Positions 1-10,700 of a DNA stretch of 64,000 nt are shown in pieces (the stretch's first letter is position 1; each line of letters opens with the position of its first letter). A program made the position numbers and the translations under genes. The stretch covers positions 162,423 through 226,422 of the forward strand of contig DF237031.1 in assembly GCA_000708835.1 (NCBI GenBank), written 5' to 3'. Source of the DNA: Klebsormidium nitens (taxonomy: Eukaryota; Plantae; Klebsormidiophyceae). The notes under the pieces were generated by a model that saw only the letters and a program-made list of their open reading frames with translations, was not told the DNA's origin and did no database searches.

Positions 1-2699
1 AAAGGCTGAATCAAAGCCCAGACGCTAGCAATCGAGTTGACAACGACTAAGAGTATGCAAATACAGGAATTGCAGAGGCACCGTGCAATCAAGCAGCCTG
101 CCACCTCGAAACGTGGGTTGGTCTATCAACGGTCTAGCCTTTTTTATATATATATACTTCTTTAAAAAAAAAGGCCGCAGCGGTGAAGCCATGGACGCGG
201 CTCTTCAACATGGGTGTGCGTTACAGGTAGAACTAAAAGCGCGGTATCCTGGGCGACTCGCTTCCCAACAACCTGATAACCTCAGGTGAACGAACGCCGG
301 AGCTTCAAACAGAAACTCCGAATTCAATGTACATACTGCCTGGGGGACAACGGGACAGGGGCGGAATGCACGGCGGAAGAGTTGCGAGAGTTTACCCGCA
401 TTTGGAAGCTTCTCGAAGTAGTGTTCTTCTCGAAGTTTTTCTCCGTTGAAGAACTGATCAGCTCGATTCTCGGCGCCGAAGTTTGATTTAAGGGAAATCA
501 AGGGCCCGGTTCGGTGTCAGACAACGACTCCCTTGAATCAAAGAGCCAGCGTTGGGCTTGTCATCTTGGTCACTGCTCACGTAAGTTGGCTTCATCTTTG
601 AGTCAATCAAGAGCTCGTAGAATGTAAAGCGCTCCGAATCGTCCTCATTCTGTCACTTTCTGAAAGGCGTCGAGAGATTCAAAAAGATCCAGTATGAATC
701 AGGATCCTTGTCCTTGCTTCGTGAAGCGCAGATTGGGTCAAAAGTTTGTTTGTCCTGAGTAACTCTCCAGCCGTCATCGGCGGCTTTCGTGGTCCACAAG
801 CGCACCGCCAGGGAGGCTGACATCGAAACTTCGCCGACGCAAGAGAAGCAGAAACAGTGTCCTTTAAAAGTGAGTGCTCAGCGGTTTGATTGTCAATCTT
901 GTCAATGTATTAATGCCTGTTAGGTCCTCGGTTGCCTCAAACACGGTTAAAGCTTCAGCGGAGTTGCTTGAACACCGAAAGGAGGAAACCACAGTTAATC
1001 AAGCCTCGTTATAGTGGTTTAGTGGCCCTTCCATCAGATGGGACTGGTTGCGTGCTGTTCAGCACCCGTTAGCCAGGTCCGGTAATAGGGGGGAAACCAA
1101 AGTTGACCTGGGGAGGAAGAAAGAAGAGAGCACCTCAGACTCTTTCCCGGGTGAGCAGATCACATTGCCTCGCTCTTATCCACAGATTAAACGACTTTTG
1201 CATTGCTTGAAAGAAAAGAAGGCAAACTTTCTGAGAACGACCGAATGTTAGCAAAGATAGGAAATCCGAGGCTTCTAAGGAAGGTCCCTCACGTTGAGTA
1301 ACAAAATCTCGGGCCGGCAGTCTGTTGCTTGAACAAACGACACGCAAACAAATAATGGAAAAAAAAGAAGGTGGCACCAGGTTCAACAACAGGCTTCGAC
1401 TTGATCAAAAGTTCTTTGATCAAAAACTAATTCAAACTTTCATCCACAAAAGCGAGGAACACAGCTCTGAGAGTGATTCTTTGAACAAAACTGTCATTGA
1501 ATATCTGGCAAGGAAAGATTAAGAGAGTACCAGATGCGTCTTTCTGCCTGCAGCCATGGCGTCTAAAGAAAGGCTGCCAGAAGAAAACGTCAAACAAGCC
1601 ACTGGAACTAAGCACGAGGAGAGAAAGCTCAGGAGCAGGCCGAAACTCAGGGGTCTGAAAACTTTGACGTCATCATATGCCATAGATTGTCAATTGTGAC
1701 GCAACCCAACACCAAACTACGTCCCTAAAGCCAAAGTACAAGCAGAAACCCGTTTCTAAGTGACTTCAAGCTGGCTTTCTGCTAGCGAACCCGCCTTCGC
1801 TCAAAGGGATATGACTAGTCAATATCAGACCAACACTAAATTAACATTAAGGGCTACAGCTAACCCTGGGTAGAAGCTAGGGACTCACGCCTTCCTCACA
1901 AGCGCGGAACGCATGCTCCAACTGCCAGCGACTAGGCCATTAGGAAAGCTGTTTCCCCGACCAAAGCGAAGGATAGAGGCAAGTTGTGGGACTGACATTC
2001 ACTTGCCAGAGTCTGAGGTGCTCACCTAGCCTTTGATCAGATGCAACGTCTTTGACCAGGAACCGCCATATGCAAAGGCACCATATTTATGAAGCGCCCT
2101 GGTTGTTGAGGTTTGGCTCCTCAGCGATATCGTGCGCTGGCTGTAGAAAGTGCCACTAAAGAGCAGGATAAAGAAACACACGAGCGCAGTATAGCAAAGC
2201 TCACGGGTCAAAATGGTGAGAGGTTTGCGCTGTTGTTCCTTAAGTTAGCAGCCAAGTAGTGCTGCATTCTGCTGCGCTCTTTTGCTGAGCTAGCTTCTGA
2301 GCGGGCGCGCGATTTGCGTTGAAAAGCGCCGGTGGCGGCCCCCGCGGCCGCCCCGAGCCAGGGGAGGGGTTCGCGAGAGGTTTAAGAGAAAAAAAAGATG
2401 TGTGAATATTCCGGGTGGAGCTTGCATGGACGGTCGGAATCTTTCCTTGTGAGTCTGCAAGCTACATCGACGGCTAAAATAGGTTTGACACCCAGTAGAA
2501 ACTAGGTGTGGGAAACTTGTTGCCCCTGAATCAGGGGGGTTCCCGGTTCAATTGAAGGTTCTTCACTCACTGAGTCACTGAAATTTCCTTCAGAAATTTT
2601 CCTATGCCAAATGGCTTATGGCCGTCTTCAGGCATCCAACACATTGCATTGTATGTAGCTCAGATAGCTGTGAAAGTTTAGCCAGAAAGAAGAGCCACC

Positions 2700-4300
2700 A
2701 AGGATCTAGGACGAAAGAACAGCTGGGGACGGGGCAAAAAGAAGAAGAAAGAAGTAGAAGCAGGATGATACAACAGAGTTCTCTTGACTAAGCTTCGGAG
2801 AAAGCCTGGGGTTATTGAGTTGGTCTGAAATCTCCAGTTGAAGGTGAGATGCTCATTAGCAATATTCTGTTCCCGGGTTGAGGCTGTCCTGTTGTCGCCC
2901 ATTTTCGTCATTGTTTCAAGCACACACGGAGGGTAAGCTTTTTGCAGGCAAAAGTGCGATACTGCAATGGGGGTCTGGGGGGTGCGCTTTAAGCTTGTAG
3001 GCATTCAAACACCAATCTATAGCGCCAGACGAGGGACAAAGATCCCGCCAACAAGGACGGACACTTGAAGTTAGAAGTTAGAGAGATTCCAAGTATCAAA
3101 AAGGCAAAAGGGACAGCCCGCACCTCTCCCTTCGATAAAGCCTTCAAGCATCTTGAGCATGTTGATCCGAAAATTTAGGGTATCCGCATTTTTCTTGCAA
3201 AGTTCACGTTATTCTCTGAGTTTGAGTGCGACATAGTGGTCAACTGATCTGCCAGGGTGCGCCCCAGTTTCACTTTCTAGTATACTTCTCCTTCCCATAG
3301 CGTTGCTCTTGGCTGAAGAAAAAAGTTTTTTTTTCTTCACTACTTGGGCGACCGCCCACGGCTTTGCTCTACGAATCGTGACAAGTCAGGAATAACACCG
3401 CTAGAATGTCTCAACTCGTTTGCACAAAGCAATTGCTCAAGCCAGGGCACTATCTGAAATTTACCCTGCCTTCTTAGCTAGAATTGTTGTTGTGAAGCTT
3501 CAGCTTTTCAAAGCTTCCATTGACTCATGAAAGCGTTCTCTGGTCCTGTCATTGAAGTCTCCTGTGTTTTTATGCTTTCAATGCCAGGGGGCAAAGATGT
3601 ACGTCCCTACTCACGCCGCGAAGCGCTGTCACATCAAAAGGCCATTTTGTCAAAAGCTTTACGTCTTCACACGTTGCTTTCTCATTTCCAGCCACCACCA
3701 GTGTTCGTTCAGCAATGTTTCTTCAGCTGCTAGGTATGAGAAGCGCCGACCTGTTGGGCTAAAGAAAAATGTTGATGCACGGCAACTTATGCAATGTCTT
3801 CTCGCAAGTAACTTACAAACAACACCTTCGGTTCCTATTCCTTGGCTATATGCACGCACAGTTACTACGCAGCCGAATAGCCCGCATGATGGCTGAAACA
3901 CTTTTGGTTTAGCACCTTATGAGCTTTCATTTTCTCATTGGGAGGTTTTTTCTATCACTTTCGAAAAGGCGCCTTAAGTGGGGCCTGTATTCTATTACCT
4001 CCAAAATAGGCTACGGCAATCTCGCTTCCCATTACTTTCCTAGGCACTTTGACTGGTCTGGCAATCGGCGATTTGCCGTTCTTATGTTGAAAGAGACCCA
4101 CAACATCTCCCCACTATCTCTCTACATATCTCGTTAGCCTCCCCTTCTGCGTGTGAAGCCCTTTGACTCCTTCTACCCAATGGTGATATTCTAATATCCA
4201 TATGCCACATTTTCCCCATCTGGGCAGCTTGCAGACGTTCCCTGGTCCACATATTGGTTGATCACGAAAGCCACAGAGTGTTGTAATCTGTCAAAAGAAC
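2700..4300 (-). pseudogene. Highly decayed coding relic (old transposon or pseudogene), unidentified
   Basis: The minus strand gives protein-like fragments broken by many stops and frameshifts (e.g. PILEVIEYRPHLRRLFESD, ERTLVVAGNEKATCEDVKLLTKWPFDVTALRG, NADTLNFRINMLKMLEGFIEG). No diagnostic motif was recognised. Confidence 0.25.
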
Positions 4301-4781
4301 ACCATTCCAGGCAGCCTTTCTGGATTTATTTAGAAGCATGTAGACTGTCGGGCAAAGCTGATGCTGTCTACTCCTCTTTATGTCTTCCTCCTTCTACGGC
4401 AACGGTCCATACTCTGAACTTGCGCTGCCACTGATTCATGTAAGTACCTTCTTTGAAAGCTTACCGAACTTCCGTGTCTGCAGGTTCGCTGTAGACGCGC
4501 CTCTGAATAAGGGTAGAGCGTATTTTAACCTTCCCAAGAGAGCACTTGACGTTCCTCCCTCAAGAACGCCTAAGCGGCAGATTGCCGACCATTCAAGCCT
4601 TTGGCAGAAGCCCCTCTTCTAGGTCGAGTTTGCCTCCTTTAGGTCGATTTCGTCGAGGTCTCTTGGAGAATCTTTATAGGCTTCGTGTCGAGTCGGATCG
4701 AATCCTTGGAGTCAGACGAACTTCGTTGGAAAAATTTGGGTAGAGCGCACGGGCGTCTCATGGATGTTGCCTGGGGGGGGC

Positions 4782-7700
4782 ATGGCTAAGGGCCTCCGCG
4801 AGTTACTGATGGAGCCGCCAGTTGTAAACGGACCCCCTGCCTGGACGCTGCAAGAGGAGCTTCTGCTGGCGCACGCTGTCATGCGCTATGGCACCGACGA
4901 CTGGAAGTTGGTTGCGCAGACGCTGGAGGGGAGGGCGCCGCTGCACGGGTTTGGAGGCCGGTTCTCCCCTGAGGTGAGGCTAATTCTGAAACATTTTCTG
5001 GGCTTGGGGTTTTCTCACGAACCGCGCGTTTTTCTTGAGACTAGTGGCGGAGATGCTGGAGAAGAGGGTGCTGCCAGGGAACGTCGGGGGCCGCTTTTTT
5101 CCGGAGGTGAGCCGGCATGACGGAAGCAAGGTACTAAGAAACCGTGCGGGTTTAAAGCCTACCAGTAATTGATTCCTTTGCGGTGGGTGTGGACAAACAA
5201 GATTTCAAAGTGACGGGGTCTGAAGCCTCAAACTCTATTCTTCAGCTATGCGAATCCCAGTTTGGGTTGCTGACTTTTTGTTCGGTACTGTTGCGGACGG
5301 ACAGGGAGATATAGCGGGGACTTTCTTTTTTCTCCTCGCGACAACCTCTTCGTTGACCCCGTTCTCCGAAGGCTAGTTGTTGACAGAACGTAGCCCAAAA
5401 AGTATTCAAGTGCTCACAACCGGAGCGCGTTCTTTTCACAGCTTTGCGAAGCCCAGTTCGGGATGCTTCACGCTCGACGCGGGGCTCTAGCGGTGGGGCC
5501 CGATGGCACAGCGGGCATCTCCCCATCCTCTGATGCACTATCATTCACATATTTGCGGTCTAAGATTAGTAAAGTCCGCAGTTCAATCGATAACTAGACT
5601 GCGATTTTCTTACAGCTTTGCGAAGCCCACTTCGGGCTGCTCCACGCTCGGTGCGGCGCTCTCGCGGCAGGGCCCGACGGCATAGCGGGGAGCATCTCGT
5701 CATATCTGAGGGCGCAGCGGTTGGCTGAGTTGCGAAATGGGCTGGCCGTGAGAGAAGACTCCATCAGGTGAGGGGCTCTGAGTTCTAACACATTGAGTGC
5801 TAAATCAGCGGGACGGATCCAAACCTTGCTTTTTGGGTTGGCAGTGTTCTGAAGAGATATTTTGTTGGGCTGGGAGCCTTTTGGCTTTGACTATTTTGGA
5901 AGTCTGAAAGACAGGTTGAGGACTTCTTGAAATTAAGACACTCGAACGAACGTGCTTTCAAGCTGCGTGCCTTCTGGACATTCAGTTTCTAAGTTTCTGA
6001 TGTTGCCCGACCCAGAGTTCTTGAAACATCACCAGTCTTGTCTGCGGACACCTGTCCAGAATCTGTAGCTCTCGATTATCGAGCAAGAAAACAAACGCAG
6101 AGAGTTCTGTCGAAGAGGGACACAAGCATATTGTGACGATCTGACGCCCTCCTTTTTGTGCAGCTTGCTCAAGGTCAAGATCCAGTCCCTCGAGAGCGCG
6201 CGCCTGACCCTCCGGTCCCAGCGACCCAAAGCTGACGTCATCCCCCATCACTTTTCTGCAAACTCGCTACCCCCGCAGCAGCCACTTCCGGAGGCAACAG
6301 CCCAAAGCCTTCCATTACACACAGACGGCAACGCTTCCGAGGGGGCGGCAACGGTTTGTCCCGCAGCCGAGGCGAACGGTTTCGAAACTGACACCTCTAG
6401 TTGGGGGGTAACGAGGCCGCCCCTTCCGAGTACCCCCCAAAACGGAAGCGACCAGTCCGCGCAATGGGGCGCGGGGATCCCTCTGGCTGGGCGACTTTTA
6501 GCGCCAACGCTGAGTCAGGAGATGGCCAGCTGGCTAGCGAGCGGCGCCGCCCCTCTGTTTGCGGACGACGGGACTGTAACGGCAACGTCCGAACACAGCA
6601 GAGAAGGGTCCGAAGCGTCCGATAACGTTCCGGGGGGGAGATCGCCGCCGGGCTTGAACCTCGACGTCGAGGAGCATTCCACAGCCGAAGCGGGCGCCGC
6701 TGACGTCATCGATGACGTGGCGGTGACGGCGGTGCGAGGAGTGGGGGCGGGAGAGAAGGGCGGCGTTGCTGCTGTCGTCAGCCCGACGGTCACGCCGACG
6801 TCGCTGCTCGAGGCGCACGCGGTGGAGGCTTTGCGGGAAGAAGGACAAGGGGAAAAGGGGACTGGCGATGAAGCTGTGCGGGTTGAGAACGAGAGGGGGA
6901 ACAAATTGGACGTGGAGAAAGTGGGCGAGAACGAGGGCGGGGAGGAAACAGGCAAAGCTGGGAACGAGGGTGGGGAGGAAAAGGACGTGTTGGCGACTGA
7001 GGAAGGCGAAAGGGTTGGGAAGGTAGAGAACGAGGAGGGGGAGCCGGGAGTGGCTTTGGGTGTTGAAGGTGGAAAAAACGACGGTGCGGTGTCTGGGGTT
7101 CCGGAGAAAGCAGAGAAAGAGGGGGAGGTTCCCGTTGCGAACTTCGAAGATTCGCGGGGGCAAGAGCCGGACGCTTTTGCAGTCCGATCGGAAGAGCACG
7201 GAACGGAAGGACGCACCGAAGAAGTCAAGGGAGGGGAGAGCGATTCGAAGCCCGAGAAAGCCGAGACGGAGGAGTTGGGAGAGAAGCCGGACGAACTTTC
7301 CGTCGAGAGGAGGAGAGACGGCGTGTTGGAAGGGTTAGTTGAGAAGCCGTCTTCTGTCAATGAAGAAGCACAACCGCGGCAAGGGCCGCGCTCTCCGTTG
7401 GAACGAGCGGAGCTTCCGGCGGAACAAACTGACGGTACAGCGGAGGTCTCGAAAGTAGCTGTAGAGGGGGCTGAACGGACGGGTGAAATAGCACGAGTGA
7501 CCGAAGAAACGGCAAAAGAGGCGCCGGAAGTGGCAGGCAATCCTTCGGTTACGGAAAAAGGACGAGAAGCAGGGGGGAGCGCTGTTGAGGACGGAAATGA
7601 AAACGGTAACGGACCGGGGGGCAAACCGGTGGCAGCCGCGCATGAACAGCCCCCTGCAGAAGCGTTTGACTTGGAACTGGAACTAGAACGAGAGGATTCG

Positions 7701-10700
7701 GAGGGCGCAGAAGGAACGTGGGAGGCCGCAGAGGAGCCGGCGCGGGCCGAGTCCCCTGACATCGAAGCGCGTTTGGAGCAGTGGCTCCGGTCAAAAATGG
7801 AGGAACGGGAACCGGAACCGGAACCGAAAGCGGAACCAGAACCGGAAGCGGAATCGGAACTCGACGTGCTGTTGGGAGACAAGTCCGCTAGTCAATCAAA
7901 CACAGAAGAGGGCGTGCAAGAGCGGCAAAAGGCCGGAGGGTCCGACATCAGGGACGCGGGAAAGGGGGAAACGGACCGGGGAAGAGCAGAGGGGTCTGAA
8001 AACGTCGATATTCCAATGTCGGCTTCGATTCTTGAGGAACTTAAAGCAGACACGCATGATGCGGATGCAATAAGAGAAGGGGCGGAAGGGGCCGGTCAAG
8101 TCGCTGAGCCGGCTGCTGAGTCTTTGGACGAAGAGCGCCCGACGACGTCCGGTGCTCGGGAGGAGCGTCCGAGAGCGTCCGACGAGCGGCCGATAGTGAA
8201 CAACGTGGCAGTGCCTGAGGAGCCACTCGCTGGGCTGGAAGATCGTCCGGGTGCTTCCGAGGAGCGTCCGAATGCTTTTAAAGAGCGTCCGGTCACTTCT
8301 GAGGAGCGTCCGGTTGTGGCCGAAGAATTTCCAGTGGCGTCTGAAGAGCGCCCGGTGTTGTCCGAAGAAGCACGTCCAGCGGCGTTCGAAGAGCGTCCGG
8401 TTGCGTTCGAAGGAGAACGTCCAACGGAGTCTGAAGAGCGCCCGTTGTTGTCCGGAGGAGAACGGCCAGCGGCATCTGCAGAGCGTCCGGTTGTGTCCAA
8501 AAGAGGATTCGTAGCGGCGTCCGAAGAGCGTCCGGTGTTGTCCGAAGCTGTTGAGGAAAAGGAGCTAACTCCAGTTGAGCATAAAGTCGAGACGGGTACT
8601 GTGCAACTGGAAGGCAGGGAGGGACTTGGGTTGGAGGAAAGGGATGCCAACTCTGGGGGGGGAGGATTAGGGGACGATACCGAGTTGGTTCAAGAAGAAG
8701 CTCGGGAGACGGGAGACGGAGAAGTTGTGGCAAGACCGGCGGAAGACTCCGCACAAGACACGGCTGATTTGTTGTTTGATGCGATTGGCGAAGAAGGGGC
8801 GGAGGCTACGAAGTCGGAGATCGGCGGTACTATCAAGCAGGTTGGGGGAACAGAGGGGGGCCGAGAAGCTGGAGGCTTGGTTGCCGGGCCGGAAGGAAGC
8901 AGTGCGTCGCTCGAAGATGCTGACGTCAGAGATGGAAATGATGCGGGTTTGTCTGCTGACGTGGCGGAAGACAGAGGCGGTTTGAGTGGGGACGATTTTG
9001 AAGATCCGTCCGAGGCGGTACGACGGGATACTGGGCAGGAACAGGTTCCGGAAAAGGGGGGGTTCCAGAAGAATGTTGACGAAGGCCTTAGTACCGGTGT
9101 TGAGGTTTCGGGAGGGCTGAGTGGGTTAGAGCTGCCAACGCAAGAGGAAAACCCGCCTTCGGAGTTGGTTTCTGAGACGAGATTACCAGAGCAGAGTACA
9201 ACTGGAATGACGGAGTTGGAAGCGGAGGGGTTGGAAACGAAGCGGAGAGATTCTAGCGCAGGCCCCGCAAGCGCCTCTCAAGAAGTTGAGCTGGGCCAAA
9301 TTAGGGGGCCGCAGGAGGTGGGGAAAATTGTAACGGCAGAGGCCCCGCCTCAGCCTTCTGGGGGGGTAGATCAAGGGGCACCGGCGACCCCCACGCTGCG
9401 ACTGGTGATGGAAGAAAGCCCGGGGAATGTGGGCAGCCATGACGCGGGTGCGTCTTTGGAAACCCAGAAACCAGACGCTCTTTCGGAGTTGGAGTTGAAC
9501 TCGGGAGCCGCCTTTCCCAAGCGGCTGTTCGACGCTCCGCCGCTTCCGCGGCGGGGGCTCGACCTGAACGCCGACGCCGTGGATGATGTCACAGGGCCGT
9601 TCGATGACGTCACGGGTGACGTCATGGGGTTGGGGAAGCCAGTGCTCGATCTGAACCAGGAACCGCAGGAGGCGGCGCTGCTGAAAGAGGGGGGCGCGCT
9701 TGGTGGGGAATTGCGTACTGGGGGGGAAGTTGCGGCTGCGAGCGAAGGGGGGGGAGATGGGGGTGCGGAGTCGGAACGGGGGGTGATGTACAGTGCGGAA
9801 AGCGCCCCCTCTGCTGTGGTTGATCAGTCGGTGGTACAGAGAGTGGTGGCTGACGGGTTTGTCACGGGGGGAGACGGAGAGGGAGAGGGGACGAGTCCGG
9901 TTGTAGGGTTGCGAGAATCGGAGGAGATAGCCGAAGAAGAAATGGGAAGAGGTAGAGCGGAAGTGGAAGGGGTAGAAGATGCGCAAAGAAGAGGAACTTC
10001 TGAGGCAAATGCAGTCGGAAAATCGGAGGAGAGGGCAGGAGTTCCAGAGGATAGTGCTGGGCAGAGTAGGGCGCGGGGGACGAGAGTTGGGGAGAAAGCG
10101 ACGGGGGTTCTGGAAGGCGCTCTTGATGTGAGCGCTTTAGTGGGGACGCCGAAGGAAGACGACATTGTAGGGGAGGACGAAGTAAAAAGGGAGGGGGCTT
10201 TGACGACGGCGGAAAGCTCGGGAAGCAAACGGAAGTTAGTGGGGGAAGCGGAGGTTGAGAATGCCAAGAGGGTGAGAACAGAAATTGCGGAGCCGGGGGT
10301 TGGGGTTGGGAGGAAGGAAGCGACGGCGCCGTTCGATCTGAACGCGCCCGTCGCTGACGTCAGCATTGACGCAGGGGATGAGGGGATCGCTTCCGTTGCT
10401 GACGTCAGCCTCGAGCCAGGGGGTGAGGAGACGGTCGGCGGAGGGGCGCCAGAAGGGGGTCTGGAAATGGGGGGGGTGATTGATATTCGGTCGACCTCCG
10501 AAGGGCCTACCGAGAGCGAATCGAAGGCGATAGCTGGAGCGAAGGGAAAGGTTTTGAAGGGGACGGCGCTCGCGCGAGCGGTGAAAGCGCAAAGGGCGGC
10601 GGAACGGAAAGCGGCTTTGGAGGCGGAACGGCAAGGTGGCGGGGAGGAAAACGAGGACGGGGAGAAAGTAGAGGAGGTTTCTGAATCGGGGGGCAAAAGC

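Noticed and set aside
8130-8545. Repeat array considered as CRISPR-like
   Set aside because: It is an in-frame coding minisatellite with degenerate units and no unique spacers, in a eukaryotic context.
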